A stretch of DNA of 64,000 nt from Octopus vulgaris (Eukaryota). Positions 1 to 14,682 of the stretch are shown piece by piece (position 1 is the first letter of the stretch; each line of letters starts with the position of its first letter). Location: contig OX597816.1 in assembly GCA_951406725.2 (NCBI GenBank), positions 36,146,001 to 36,210,000 of the forward strand. Direction: 5' to 3'. The notes under the pieces are model-generated. The model worked only from the letters and a program-made list of their open reading frames with translations, did no database searches and had not been told where the DNA came from. A program made the position numbers and the translations under genes.

Positions 1-172
1 TGGGGTATTCGATTAGATCGACCCCGGTACGCAACTGGTACATAATTTCTCGACCCCGAAAGTATGAAAGGCAAAGTCGACCTCGGCGAAATTTGAAATC
101 AGAACCTAAAGATAGACAAAATACCGCTAAGCATTTTGCCGGGCGTTCTAACGATTCTGCCAGCTCATCGCC
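1..172 (-). mobile_element. tRNA-derived SINE family B (Deu/Nin-domain-like), cut by the window edge
   Basis: Reverse complement matches the family B head (GGCGAGCTGGCAGAATCGTTAG...) and core GCCTTTCATNCTTTCGGGGTCGA seen at 5106, 39987 and 46035. Confidence 0.85.
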
Positions 173-376
173 TTATGATCCTTATATATTAGTATTGGTA
201 TCATATTGTTTTTAACGGAAATATAGTTCAATGGTTATATTCTACTTTGATTAATTGTGTCAGTAACGACAACAAAAATTGCTACGAGTATACACATTTT
301 GGCTGATGTTGTTGTTCCATGTATTTACTAAATCCGTTTCTTGCGGTACCGATTAATTAGAGCATCCTAAACAACC

Positions 377-540
377 AGGCGTAGGAGTGGATGTGTGGTA
401 AGTAGCTTGCTTACCAACCACATGGTTTCGGATTCAGTCCCACTGCGAGGCACCTTGGGCAAGTGTCTTCTACTATAGCCTCGGGCCGACCAAAACCTTG
501 CGAGTGGATTTGATAGATAGAAACTGAAAGAAGTCCGTCG

Positions 541-589
<49 letters not shown>

Positions 590-797
590 CTGTGTGTCTT
601 TGTCCACCCAACTTCGCTTGACAACCGATGCTGGTGTGCTTATGTCCCCGTAACTTAGCTGTTCGGCAAAAGGGACCGATAGAATAAGTACTAGGCTTAC
701 AAAGAATAAGTCCTGGGGTCGATTTGCTCGGCTAAAAGCGGTGCTCCAGTATGGCCGCAGTCAAATGAGTGAAACAAGTAAAAGAGTAAAGGAGTAA
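377..797 (+). mobile_element. tRNA-derived SINE family A with internal (TA)n(TG)n
   Basis: A-box-like TGGATGTGTGG, B-box-like GGATTCAGTCC, CCTTGGGCAAGTG core, (AAAAGAGT) tail; >10 similar copies in the window. Confidence 0.9.
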
Positions 798-1907
798 ACC
801 ACACATTTCATCAATTTGTGTGGAGGCAAACACAAAGTTGCACATTTATTTATTGAAAGAAAATCACACAAACACACAGCAAATCATTTATATACGACGG
901 GATTTTAAACAGTTTTATCAAATGCACACACAAAATTTTAAACGCCTTAGGTCTAAAACAGAAGTAACTATGAGGTAGCAAGGCAACCATCTTAATTACA
1001 AAGTTTTGTTTGCTCCTATTTGTAAGTTCTATAACATCATTTATGGAAATTTGTTCTCTATTTTCTGCAATTCTAACACGCGCACAGAAACTTTTTTTTT
1101 TTTAGTCTGTCGTATTTAAATACCACACAACGCATTATGATAAACGATTCAGTAGCTGAAATCAATAAAGAGTGTGTAGAGCAGAAGGCTGCTACTCAAT
1201 TACACCATATGACATGAACACTACAATTATTGTCTTACTGTTATCAAACACCACAGAGGAAACACAACATTTTTGTCAGTAGAAGCGACGGAGATATAAA
1301 TACTTATACTATTAACTAACATAGCTGTACAATATATCTTCCCTGCGTGTGTGTACTCGTTAGGGTGGTACACTTACAGCTGCCTTAATAATTGTACTAA
1401 CAAAACATAAACGAGCTATTGTGGTGATGATTGTATAAGTATTAAGAATTTCGTTTGTGAATGTTGCTTCACAACTTTCTTTCTGAACGGTAAATTTACA
1501 TGATGTCAATCACTGAAGATTATGTAGATTAATATCAGAATATATCACGGGAAAAAGAAATTCGTTTTATATTTTCCTGAATAGAATTATTTTATCTTTA
1601 ATTTGAGGCAAATAGAAAATTACATTATTGAAGAATAGGGCATTGTCTAGGGAGGAAAGAAGTCTGAGAAATTCTATCGATGTCATTTTGGATAAAGAAG
1701 TGATATCTTAGTCAATTTACATTTCTATTGAGGTCGAAGTAACGAAACTTTTTCATAAGTAAATGTGTTTCTGATACATTTTATTAAACTGGTGTCTTGT
1801 GTGACAAATAACACAATGCATGAAAAACAAATTCGGCAAGATATACAAATGAAGGGAACTGGTTACGATTGAAAACTTTGGCAAATGAAAGAGAATGTAT
1901 AATTGTA

Positions 1908-3051
1908 CGAGGAACCAGTTGAAATGTTCATAGACTGACCAAGATACTCTCATGGAATTTGATCAACTGAAATATATTATTCAACATCGAAGTTGCTGTG
2001 CCTAAATGCCGTTGATGGAGATACTTTCATCTTGTTGGTCAAAAAGTCATCAACAGCAAATTATCATCACTCCGATAGTGTTTCCCAGCTAACTGTTTTT
2101 TTTATGTAGAGGAACAGAAGATAGTGGGATAGGACCAAATCAGGAGAATAGGGAGGTTGATCAATAAGCTCAAACACACAATCACACCTACAAGCCAGTG
2201 AAACCAAGGGTTTGTCTACAAAAGTATTGACTTCATTGAACAGGAACCTCTTTTTCAATTTTGTTGTTGTTTGCTGTTGATAGCCTTTCGTTACTCGGCA
2301 AGTTGGCATAGAACACTGCTTTGGTGGTGAGGTTAAACACAATAATTACAAGGGTTTTGCATCCCCCTACAGATGAAATTGAACAGATGAGGAGAAGACC
2401 AGCGTTTCCACAGCATGAACTGTCTATTTGTCTGTGGATGAAATTGATGAACATAGCACTCATCCTGGCATAGGAAACATTCATGGAAACTAGCTGAACG
2501 TGACCCCTTGATGTGATGAACTTAGTGCGCTTTTCACCAGGTGTCAGAGTACGTGGCACTCATAGAGACGAAACATACGCCATGCCAATTTCATTGGGCA
2601 GAATATTCTCAACTCTTTCGCAGAGTATGCAAATAACATTAGATATTTTATCTATATCCTGTCATCCATTATTATATGATACGCACGATCAATGTTTCCT
2701 CGGTGGTGACAGTTGCAGGAATCTAGCCCTTGGATCATCTTTAAGAATATCCTTCTCCTTCTCCTCCTAAATTCAGCTTCCCGTTTTTGAAGTCATTATT
2801 ATGCTGGAGCGTCATCCACTAATATAGCAACTATGTCAGCATGAATGTCATTGGGAACTAAACCTTGGTTCTACAAATAGATATTAACAAAAGAAAGCGA
2901 TACTATCATAGTTGCTTTTGAAGTCTTCTTTGAATTGTCAGAAGCCAGTTTACGTGGAGAGAATCAACACAGTTTCCAATAAGAAAATTAATAAGATATC
3001 ACAGCTTTAACATCACTCCTTCATAGTCATGAACATTCCAGCCCACCCACG
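1908..3051 (-). mobile_element. Degenerate mariner DNA transposon
   Basis: Imperfect TIRs (CGAGGAACCAGTTGAAATGTTCATAGACT / AGTCATGAACATTCCAGCCCACCCACG) with TA flanks; minus-strand PPYSPDLV and (W)VPRTLT transposase motifs with frameshifts. Confidence 0.8.
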
Positions 3052-3196
3052 TATGTAAAAATAACTATCTTTAATCTGGAAAATTTACATTGAAATCTGC
3101 CTTAAAAATTTAACGTTTATTTTTATCGCTTGACAAGTAATTACTTAACTTCATATATTTCGGTGAATACACTTCAGGAACTGTGTGGGGATGTAA

Positions 3197-3239
<43 letters not shown>

Positions 3240-3576
3240 ATAATAATATTTGATACAAGTTATAGCTGGTTGGTTGGTTGAGTTCTGTAACGCTTTGCAT
3301 CATATATAACGAGAGAAGGAGAAGGAATGTAAAAGAGAGATGCAAAGTGTGTTAAGAGCTGTATGATGTACACACATATGAGGCGTTTTGCAGGTGATGA
3401 CACTTGTCAGAACAATATAAATGAAATTTTGAAGAGGGAGATTATTGATGGAGTAGAATGCGTTTGTCTTTAAAAAAAAAAGATTAGAAAAATAATAGTA
3501 AATTTATGAATTTGTTTTGCGAGATTCCTGATGTGAAATCGTGTGTTGAAACGGGTATTGTTATATATCGGGATAC

Positions 3577-4700
3577 TTTTTTACTCTTTTACTTCCTTCA
3601 GTCATTTGACTATGGCCATGCTGGAGCACCGGCTTTAGTCGAGCAAATCGACACCAGGACTTATTCTTCGTAATCCTAGTAGTTATTCTATCAGTGTCTT
3701 TTGCCAAACTGCTAAGTTACGAGGACGTAAACACACCAGCATCTGTTTCAAAGCGATGTTGGTGGAACAAACAAAGACACACAAACATAAACAAACACAC
3801 ACATACACACACACACACATATATATATATATAGGTGAGAAAGTTGGTACGTGAAAGCACGTGGTTCGATGTATAAAAAATAGAAAAGAGTGAAAAAACT
3901 ACAGAAGGTTTGTTTTATGAGGTTAAAGAATATATTTAAGTCGTTATGTTAGAAAAATGTTGTAAAATTTTGTGTATAGTAACATAGATTTTGGAGAAAT
4001 AACCGGTTTCGTGTAAACTTTTCAAATTTCTCAAATGTCTTTACCTACATCGTGTCATGTCTTCGTTATGAAGTGCAAAGAAAAGTTCCAGACAGGGGAA
4101 GGTAATAAGGGATTTTTTCCGGTATAAGGGAGATAATCGCTTTATATTTCTTTTCCCCTTTTTTTAATAAGATGAGTTTCTCTGTATAAGAATGTTAGGA
4201 TGGTTAAGTTCAGGCTTATATTTTTCAATGAAGAATGTTTCCTAGTTTAATATAATTTGTGTTGGTGTTCCTATAGCACATTGATAGAATGGAAAGATTA
4301 AGAATTGTGGTAGTAGTTGCTTTGCGCATTTTTCAATATGCTCACTAAAGGGTATCATTCTGTATTCTGGGAATGCAACTGTTGTCGATGCAGAGTGAAT
4401 CTGCGTCTCAGTGATAATCCCGTAGACCCTACGTAGTTTTGGTGGCAGCCCGAGCATCTTATGACATAAATTATGTTTTCAGAAGCACAAGTAAAATTAG
4501 GTCTGATCTTGTAAAATTAGATCTGATATATATATATATATACGACAAGCTTCTTTCAGTTTCCCTCTACCAAATCCACTCACAAGGCTTTGGTCGGCCC
4601 GAGGCTATAGTAGAAGAAACTTGCGCAAGATGCCACGCATTGGGACTGAACCCAGAACCATGTGGATTGTAAGCAAGCTACTTATCATACAACCACTCGT
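3577..4700 (-). mobile_element. SINE family A, split by a PLE inserted in its internal (TA)n
   Basis: 3' half at 3577-3832 and 5' half at 4526-4700 join across the (TA)n tract. Confidence 0.85.
3833..4525 (-). mobile_element. Penelope-like element 3' fragment (GIY-YIG C-terminus + 3' terminal region)
   Basis: Minus-strand translation SEHIEKCAKQ...FLIFPFYQC...ETFFIEKYKPELN, typical PLE GIY-YIG C-terminus; decayed HHR-like GAAACCGGT at about 4001-4010; (TA)n on both sides. Confidence 0.75.
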
Positions 4701-4974
4701 TATCCATTCATTTATTATTGTACTTGCTTTATCCTAAGTCCTATACTGATATTTTTGCAATTATAAGAAATCCTTTATTTCCTTTTATTTTTATAAGATG
4801 ATAAAAACATTTCTGATGAAAGGTAGTATATATTCCACCATTTTGCGTAAGCATGAAAGCTTTGATAAAATATCATAATTACTGTATGTAGGATATTTTC
4901 AGATTTTAAGTCATATGACAGGTGGCACTCGAGTGTATTGCCTAATATTTTAATGCTTAATATAAATCGTTATA

Positions 4975-5322
4975 TTGCAAATTCTGCCGACGTCGACTTT
5001 GCCTTTCATCTTTTCGAGGTCAATTAAATAAGTACTAATTACGCACTGGGGTCGATGTGATCGACTTAAACCTTTGCCCTTGTTTATAAATATAAATTGT
5101 TATTAAGGTGGCGAGCTGGCAGATTCGTTAGCACGCCGGACCAGATGCTTAGCGACATTTCGTCCGTCTCTACTACGTTTTGAGTTCCAATTCCGCCGAG
5201 ATTCACTTTGACTTTCAACCAACGGGGATGATCAAAAAAGAAGCAGTTGAGCACTGGTAATCGATGTAATCAACTTGGCCCGTCCTGCAATACTGTTGGC
5301 CTTGTACCAAAATTTGAAACAG
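4975..5322 (+). mobile_element. SINE family B: partial copy (4975-5070) plus fuller copy (5106-5322)
   Basis: GTCGACTTTGCCTTTCATC...GCACTGGGGTCGATGT and head GGTGGCGAGCTGGCAGATTCGTTAGCACGCCGG. Confidence 0.8.
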
Positions 5323-8300
5323 TATAGGTCATTATCTTTACTTCTTTGATGAAATCTGGTTCCGCAGCTAATGATGCAATATCAAACCATGCTATATTCT
5401 ATTCTAGTATACAGTACATGCTTTTTGACATATAGTATTTGTACATAATATCCACCTCAAAGGGAAATATATTTTCATATCCGTGTCGATCGATCTACTC
5501 TTCACACACATGCGAACACACAGACACACACAGATGAATGTAAATATATAAATATAAATGCACCTATATGCTTTGTATGTATGAGTAATATATCATATAC
5601 ATAAAAGAGTGTGTGTGTGTGTGTGTGTGTTCGTGTGAATGCGTTTGAACGCAAGTCACGTAAACGTATAAAATTATACATAATTATGCATATGTATGTC
5701 ACTCTGTTTCTGACAGGATATTATATTAAGACAAGCAACAGTAGGTACGCGGCCGCTCATAAATATCTAATTGTGCTAGAAATTGTCGTTTTGTCAAATA
5801 TCATATAGATTTCTTGTATGACAGGATATCAAAATATAACGGCTATTTCATTGTCTGTATTGAGTATTGAATTTCCTCTGGTCATCCATAATAAATGCAA
5901 TACGCTATGTAGACAAACATAGTTATCGTAGAGTCTGAAATGTTGACACCGACGAGGTTTCAGTTATATCATCTATTTTTATTGGTGTCGGTATGAACAG
6001 GATTTGTTTAAAGTGATTCAATATAGTGAATGTAAAAGAGAATATTTCGACGAATATTCCAAAAACATAATGTCGATCGAATGATTAGGAAGTACGAAGT
6101 TCTGTTGTTAGTAACATGTTCCTCTCAAAGTGTGTGGTACAAAATCACTTAACACGAAAGCTATAGAGAAATACACGCAACTACAATGTAGAAAGAAAAT
6201 AATGGTATCCAAAGACTGAAATGTAAATATAAAATATAACAAACTATGCTTCACATGTTTTGTAATAACGACATGTCTTATTCAGCAATATTTATTGTTT
6301 AACTTCCATATATTTATATTACTACCTGCAAGGGTATTTAGGTACGGATGAAGAGGTTTCCATGGTTATTTCGTTGTTAAAAACCATTTGCTTTACATTC
6401 ACGATGTTCGAATTACTAGAGATATTTTTTCCTTCTTTAAATATTGTCTGAAATGGTTAACATGAAACGTATTCTCATGAACATGGCAAGACTCACAAAC
6501 AAATTCTGAACACATAACTATATTGAACTAACATTTTCCTATGGAGGATGTAAGGTCATGTTCAAAGTAGTAACGAAAATCCTCATGAATAAAGATATGT
6601 TGAGTGTTACAGGCCTGGGGATAACAATGAGCACAAGAAGCTATAAAAGAAAAATAATAAATAAAATGTGTCTATTAGTAATCATTTGACAATTACGTTA
6701 CTTTAATTTGCAGTTGGGGAGATCGAGTCCAGCGATCACCTTATTTTACTGAAATTTGATTTAAACAACACAATTCTGCAAGAATCTCAGTCCACAACTC
6801 CACGAATTTTGTCACATTGATGTGATTTATGATAATGTTTTATTGGATTTGTCTTAGCGTTTGTCTTGTGTTTCTGCCAGGAGGGAGCGTTAAGGCTCAT
6901 CACACCTTTCAGCACTATAAAGACAGTTGGAAGTAGAGCAAAACAATATTTTCAAACCGGAGACATAGCCCCAATTCTTGCACCAAATTGAAACGAGCTA
7001 AAATCAAGCAGGGCACAGCTATTGGTGTTAAAATAAGCCACAGATGAGGTAAATCCCCAAGTAGCCTATGGTGGAATTTTTAAGGAAAATTCAAAGAGCC
7101 GCAAAGAAACCTAATCGGGCTTTTCTCTGCGAGTCTGATATTTCTACGAGTTCAAAACACCAGACGTATATTTTATTCACCATAACAGAAGGTTAAAATG
7201 CAAATGTGTTAAATGTGTACGGTGGTGTTTCAACTGAGAACGCAATAATCGAAAATAAATACGGTAAGTTATTTCTTCAGACATTCTAACGACTTTCCTA
7301 TTTTGCTGATCTCGTAGTACAGTTACTTGGGTGAAGTAGTTTACAGAATTTTTTTTCCTTTAAAAGCAGATGAAAAGTGTCTTCGACTCTGACAAGGAAG
7401 GTCCGATGAGAAATCGGTGAGAATCTGATTATTTTGTAATTATTGGTATACCATGCGCTGAATTATCAATGACTGAACCAATATCCATAGGCTAACTCTT
7501 CACATCGCACACTAGATCAAACATTATTATGTCCAAGTCACCTTCGAATCTAAATCACAGGCGTTTTGTATCAAATCAAGTAAAATCACGGCATTTGAAA
7601 TTATTTTACGTGGCACAACGAAATAAATGGTTCTCACCTAGCTCGCAAATGATGTTGAAGCAACATTGTGTATGTTGCAACACTGAATCATACAAGCCGA
7701 ATTCTTCTGTCGCTCAAAATGAATTTGTCCGTTGGAACGGATTTTGGATATGATGACCACTATCATATTACCTATTCCCTATGTCAATCCTAAGATTCTG
7801 TAAGTAATCCCGCTTCGAATGCCGCTAGATTTTCTCTCCGTTGTGTATCGAAAGGCATACAGAATACAACTAAATCTCTTCTAATACTAAAAAATAAATC
7901 TACCTCTACTTACAAGTAATTTCCGTATGCGAAAGTACCTCAAGTCGCTTCAACTTGACCGCGCCACCAGCCTGCCATTATCCCTTCTCACTCGCCAAAA
8001 TGTTATCCAATCTCACCTTTCTCTGCTCGTCAATTTCTCCCTGTGAGTCAAAATCTCTACCACCATCACACCACCTCTTTCTTTCTCGCTTTCTTTCTCT
8101 GTGGGTGTGTGTCTGTACTGATCTAAGTTAGCATGTTAAAGTGTCTGTGTAGTCTTTCAATGTCAGCAATATTTTCGACATAGCCAAACATCATCCTATA
8201 ATTTACATTGCTGATATCTCATTGAGATTATGGTGACAGTAATTAACAAATACTTTGTCTATCACCGTTAACATATGTCACTTATAAATGATCACTAGTA

Positions 8301-8599
8301 TGGAATTCGCCTAGCCATCTTAACCACGTACACCTACACGTCTCTTTCACTCAGAAGTGGGCGTACTATACTCTTACGTTCGATATTTATAACTATCTCA
8401 TAATCTGAGTTATATTTTGGTGCAGGCTGGAACTGCTTTAAACTGAATTATCGATATGGTGACACATTTTGTTTCTTTACTCACTTAATAAATTTTTCAG
8501 TCTTACCGGTTTGGAGTCGTCATGCCTTTCTTCTCGTGGTTGTTTTATTTTCCATGTTTTTGTATTTCATATAACCTCTTTAGTCTTGAATGTACGTAC

Positions 8600-9069
8600 G
8601 CGTATGTGTGCGTGTCTCTGAATGAGAGCAAAGTGTGTCTTTGTTGGGAAGACAAGTGAGATGCCACATCTGTAGAAATATGGACCATATCAATACTCGC
8701 TGCCTACACAACCAAAACAGAGACGGGAAACGAAGAACTCCATTATTGACGACATCACAGACCCAAACAACAACATCAGCATAGAGCAGTAACAAAAGCA
8801 GCAGCCTTAGTGAAGAAAACAAGAAAAAGAGCACCAAACCCAACCACAGAAGCAATAGCAACATCAGTAATACAAACGAATACAGATTCTGCTGAACCTA
8901 AAAGTGCTCTATTTCCAGCAACTTCGAGGGCCAGCTCTCAGTGGTGTCGGGCGTCAACGTAGAGCCCTCAACTACAGCAAGACGACCAAAGTTTTTTTTC
9001 CAATGTCTGAGGTCTCCCGCCTCTAAGCCCTAGACCATCACCTAATCACCCTTACCCGTCTTGGTGCTT

Positions 9070-9115
<46 letters not shown>

Positions 9116-10995
9116 GAAACAATGGCACAAAATGCGACAAATTCAAAACTTTCCTCCCACCAAAATTTCCAACCTTGCACACACTGTATTACGCTTCCTC
9201 TCCTCCAAATCGTCCATTTTCAAACACTCATAACATATGGACAAACGCAAACGCATCACATCATCCACACCCGCATGGGATCATTCCGATGTGGAAACAT
9301 TAACTAACAAGGAGGAGTTGCAACGAAAAAATCAAATATATAATCAAACGAGGACATGTTAAAAAAAAAACACGTTCACACTAAATACTGTATCATCGAA
9401 ACCAAACCATCACCCAGGAGATAATTTCACAATAACACGGACACCACCTTCAAAAACTTCTACAACATCAAAAGACACAATATACATGAACAGTTCCAAC
9501 AGAGAGACACACAAACCCTGCATCAAATATCACACTCAAACATTGTGCTGATAGTTTTTTAAAACCGAAAACTGATATCCTTTAGGGCAAGAATAGAGCA
9601 ACTAGGTACAGCATAAGACGCCAACAAAGATCTTTACTATTACCAAAATTGCATGCAAACCGAGTGACTCACGTGGCCAGGAGGAACACCAAATATGCAT
9701 CTCGTACTTTTTTATTCTCCTGCTCCTTTTCAAACAACATGGCAGCTTTAATACAGATGCACAGGACCTAGAATCAGGTTGATCTGCTCGATGACCAAAT
9801 GTGACTAGATTTGTGCGTGGTAGCCATTGATTAAACGAGGATTTTAAACTAACATGCCTTACACCTATTTCTACTGACTTTGGAGATCTTTGCACATTTT
9901 ACCAGTCCAGAATGTTGGAGCGGAATGGAGACAGAGTTTAGGAAATGCCTGGGCTTCGAAATACCTCGAAGAAATACGTCCAAGAAGTGATTGCCGATTG
10001 CATAGGGGAAGTATTCTTATGGGCTTCTTATGAGCTTCAAATGTAAATACTAGACTTGTTTGGGTCGCACTACGTAGTTATCTACACCATTCGCACATTT
10101 GGGAAATTTACATTCGCGCATTGCGAAAAATACGCGGTTGTTCTCCTGTGAAAGGACCCGAACAAAAGGGTTACTCCTAGCAGCATCAGGCCTGTAACTC
10201 TTATGAAAAATGAGTTGAAGGTATGTTCAAGATGTTAACGCAGATGTTGGCGCTTATCAGAATTCTTATAGGGTGAGTATAGACCCATACCAAATATCTA
10301 TCCAGTACCTCCTCGGACGATACAACTTAGAAAGGCTAATTACGGTAAGTAGTGTGTGGGGGGAGGCAGATCAATTTAAATCAAAGAAGGGCTTTCGATT
10401 GTGTTGAACATGAATACTACATGGCTGTCCTGAATGTGGATGGTTTCGTGCTCACCTTCAATTGTCAGATCGCAGCAAAATATGTAACTATATATGAACA
10501 TTCCTAAGAAAAACTATTACCGCATGTTGGAACAGTTCAGAGTCATGCACGCAGGGCGAAGCAGTGCTTCCTCTCTATTTTTCTATATGTACTCTAATTC
10601 TACTGCTACAGGAGTTGAAGGTTTCGAGTAAAATTCCGTAGAAAGTAGGAATTGGAAGACTCATCTTAACATATAGAACGACGTCAGCGTATTTTCTCCG
10701 AATACCACGCACATGATGAAGATGGGCCTACACTAAATGAATAGAAGACGATGGCAGGAGTAAAAATTAATCAGAATCTATGGGCCTGCAGCTCGGCACA
10801 GGTACATTCCATTGAACAGCATTCGTTGTGTGAGGGACGGACGGGCGGACAGACTAGTTAAATTGCTTGGGATTCGATTTGGACCAGATGAACAGATAGA
10901 CAAGAAATGGAGAGGACGAGTAGCGCGGCCAGTTTCTCTTAGAAATTGGCCGAACAGGATCTATACTTGAAATGTGGACCGGTTTGGCTGACTAG
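8600..10995 (+). mobile_element. Decayed L1/Tx1-like LINE (ORF1/APE remnants + RT)
   Basis: Degenerate RT motifs in order: RPVTLMKNELK (~10187), INLNQRRAFDCVEHEY (~10370), TYxxDVSVF-like (~10670), GVKIN, VKLLGIRFG (~10857); many stops/frameshifts; left boundary approximate. Confidence 0.7.
9070..9114 (+). repeat. (AAC)n microsatellite
   Basis: Direct reading. Confidence 0.95.
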
Positions 10996-11097
10996 AATGG
11001 ACAGCTTGTTCTTGCACTTTCTGTTGTGGGAATGTACAGCTTGCTCTTGTTGTTGTCGATGTTGTTGTTATTATTATTATTATCATTAATCAGAGAC

Positions 11098-11215
<118 letters not shown>

Positions 11216-12967
11216 TCATTATTATTATTTCACAACGATCTTCTTTGGTTGTTTAGACATTTCTAGTACTGGAGGATTTCTCTGATATTTCATTCATGAT
11301 GAGTCAGAGACATGAGCGTTTCTTTAGAATTTTCATGGCAAATTATCTTTTGCTGTAATTAGGCGTAAGAAAAAATATTGTGAACAGTTTTCATTAGCTG
11401 ATTTTCGGCACAGAATTTTGACAAGAATATCTGTACAAATCACAGCTACTCACTCAAAAGCGAAAACCGTGTTAATTACATAGAAACACAATCAAAATCA
11501 AATAGAAAATCACAAGAATATTGTTAAAAGAAAATGTTTTTAAAAATTGCTGCTGTTTTTTTTTAAATAGAAATGAGACTAATTTTGACGTCTTGCTCAA
11601 CTATAACGATGACAGCCACAACATAACAACTTTGCAAATAGGAAAATCGAATACCAAGTCGAGTTCCACTCAAAGGTGTATTATGAGCGACTCGTTCCTT
11701 TTGTTCACAGAAATTCACTACAAGTGACTTATGAGAAAGCTGGCACACCGTAGTTCTCAAGCCGAGAATGTAATGTACTTTTCTACTAGGAATTAACGCC
11801 ACTTCGTCGTTGTTGTTTTATGGGACAGTGTCTAGCCTATCGGGGTTCAAGGAATCTAGATTAAGCATGGTTGTATGCACTTTACGGCTGAGGAGAAACT
11901 CCCCACTCGAAAACAAACGCAGATATAAAACTAAGGCCTCCATAACTCGACAAAAACCACGGGCAAAAATATTGGAAAGTAATCAATAGTTTTAAACAAA
12001 AATTAATCGTGGTTTTCATTGCAATCAAATACACCTTCGGTGAATTATTTAACCACAACGTCTGGCCGTCCTATTTTCTTATGACAGAGAGCTTTTTTCG
12101 TGGCTATTAATCGTGTCGGAGAGAAACAAATTTGAGAGATATGTATCCCTAGGATCTGGAACGTTTTAGAGGGCTGTGAACAGGACCTACACCAATCAAA
12201 TCCAAATGTTCTAACAATACATACAACTGTATGCCTAGAAATGGCTAAGGACCCGCTTTGATCTCATATCCTGAAGTAGCTGATATAGAAATATCGTCTC
12301 TTTCAGTAAGAACAACTAGTAGTACCACTCAGTATCATTGTGGCAATTAGGATAAAATGAAAGCTGGTAATATGTGCGAAGTCACTCTAGAAGTAAGTAA
12401 AATGGAAGAAAACAATTCGAATTGAAAAATGCCCATAGAGAACACTTCTCTCCACTGGACGACATATACGTGATAGCCACCCACAACATTGAGTAACATC
12501 TGTTTCAGAGTGTAGCTGAGTTCCTATAAAAGCGATGGAGCTTTTGAACTGATTTTGTATGAGTTGGAAGGCCTAGGGTCGACATAGAAAAATAACTAAA
12601 GATGAATTGTTGCTTGAAGACACGCCAATATTTTGAGAAAGACAATTTTAAAATGCTTACAATCATGTAAAACGTATTCAACTACCATTGAGATACATTA
12701 AACGACAAGCGAAGAATTTTGTGGAGTTATGAGATTTTGAGTGAATTAATGAATTACAAAGGTTGTGCTTTTATTTCTTTATTTCTTTCTGCAATTATTG
12801 GTTATTATATTCAACATGTTAATTTTCCTGCAATCATTATCATATGTTAATGCACTCAACGTGTATCGTCCGTGTTACCCATTTTAGTATACTTTTGTCT
12901 ATATCCATTCCTATAGGAATTTAATTTCCTATTTATCGAGGTGCGCCGGCCCTTCTTCGTAACAACA

Positions 12968-13039
12968 TATTATTATATTGTTATTATTATTATTAATAAT
13001 AACAACAACAACAACAACAACAGCAACAATAACAATAAC

Positions 13040-13106
<67 letters not shown>
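12968..13106 (+). repeat. (TTA)/(AAC)/(AAT)n compound microsatellite
   Basis: Direct reading. Confidence 0.95.
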
Positions 13107-13875
13107 TGTTTTTTTGTATTTGCACGTCTTCTTTTGTTGGAGATGTACTAGGGTGCCAACTGTTCACAACCAAGTTAACTAAGGTAACACCCGTTATTTT
13201 TCGAGCACCATCCGCAGCATTCGAACGCTTCCAAGCAATGCTGCTTTCGGTAAGTGCTGCACCATTGTTGCAGCCCCTATTTGTTCCATGTACATTTCAA
13301 GATTTTTACTCTGACAGCTGCTTAACATCCCAAGCTAACCTGTCACATCTATCGACTTTTCTTTCTTCCTTATCGCATACCTTGCTGTCAGCTGAACTGG
13401 ACATGCTATATGTTTGCGATATGTCACCAATTTGTCCACAAATTCTACACATATCACTTTCTGTTGTCAATTCTGTATTTGATGTAATTCGTTCTCAGTG
13501 CTTGCTCTTGGGCAGCAAAGATTAGAGACTGTGTTTCCAGTTTTAAATTACTTTTAGTTATCCATAGCTATCTTTTTATCTCTATCTGTATTATCTTCTG
13601 TCTGTATTATCTTCAACAGCCCTATGATATTTTCCATGCATTCTTTTCTTTATCCAACTATTTTCAGTTTCATTCATTCTCAAGTATTTGCATAGTGCTT
13701 TATCTTTGTAATCTTCCATCCCACATAAAATGACTTTCTTACTTCCAATAACAGTGGTTCCGTGACATTTTTTACATACCATACTATGTTGTTTTCTTCT
13801 GTTCTAACGCTGTGTTCACATCCAATCAATACTGTTACCCTCTTTTTTTTTTTTTTGGTACATCCAGTCTGTCTG
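13107..13875 (-). mobile_element. R4/Dong-like (REL endonuclease) LINE 3' fragment
   Basis: Minus-strand W..KRMHGKY...ETQSLIFAAQEQALRT..., CRIC zinc-knuckle remnant; 3' end abuts the trinucleotide microsatellite. Confidence 0.7.
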
Positions 13876-14048
13876 TAAATATCTAAAAATATAACTTATT
13901 TCTTTATTATCTCTCATGTGTGGGGGAGAATATTTGTCATCTAATTCGATTATTTATAATGTAGTTAGCAATTTGGAATCTGATATGTTTAAGCCCAATA
14001 ACATAACCGCTCTATCAAGAATTCTTATAATAATTCAAAGTAAAACCG

Positions 14049-14134
<86 letters not shown>

Positions 14135-14140
14135 TACTAT
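14049..14140 (+). repeat. (TTA)n microsatellite
   Basis: Direct reading. Confidence 0.95.
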
Positions 14141-14149
14141 CCTCATCGT

Positions 14150-14285
14150 TTTCAAATCCCGTCGTGGTCAACTTTGCCTTTCATTCTTTCCGGGTCGATA
14201 AAATAAGTACCAGTTGAGTACAATGATCAATGTAATCGACGTATCCCCTCTCCTGAAATTGCGGGCCTTGTGCCAAAATTTTAAT
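14150..14285 (+). mobile_element. SINE family B partial
   Basis: ACTTTGCCTTTCATTCTTTCCGGGTCGATAAAATAAGTACCAG. Confidence 0.75.
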
Positions 14286-14313
14286 TCATTGTTAGTGTTA
14301 TCATTGAGTCAGG

Positions 14314-14480
14314 GAGCAGTGCATGTCATCAAAGTGACACCGGGGTGAAATACCCATCATGACTACACGTCTGATAAGTGTACACCAGGCACATGCATCA
14401 GAACTATATAGACAGCGCATGACCTTCGAGATGGGGCCCAATTAGAATTTTCTTCATGTTGAGAAGCCCATCCCGCTCAA
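14314..14480 (+). repeat. Interspersed repeat family D (unclassified), internally deleted copy
   Basis: GAGCAGTGCATG(T/C)CATCAAAGTGA...CCCATCCCGCTCAA shared with 34748-35100 (+) and 36860-37090 (-). Confidence 0.75.
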
Positions 14481-14682
14481 GTTCTAAAGTCAATGACATC
14501 GAGTAAAACTTTCACCGAAAATCCTTACCTTCTAAATATTCTAAAAAACTGACAGCAGGCAGAATGATTAGATCGTTAGACAAATATATTGCGGTACAGT
14601 TTCGGGTCCTTTATGTTATAAATTTTCTGCGTGTTTGTTTGCATGTGGTTGTGATACAACTGACCAGTCATTGACAAGCATA

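Noticed and set aside
4810-4870. CTGATGA ... GAAAG (also CTGATGA at 25921 and CTGAAGA at 1513)
   Set aside because: No convincing stems I-III; expected by chance
11500-12700. Moderately complex non-repetitive-looking stretch, possibly an old transposon
   Set aside because: No motif or open frame recognised
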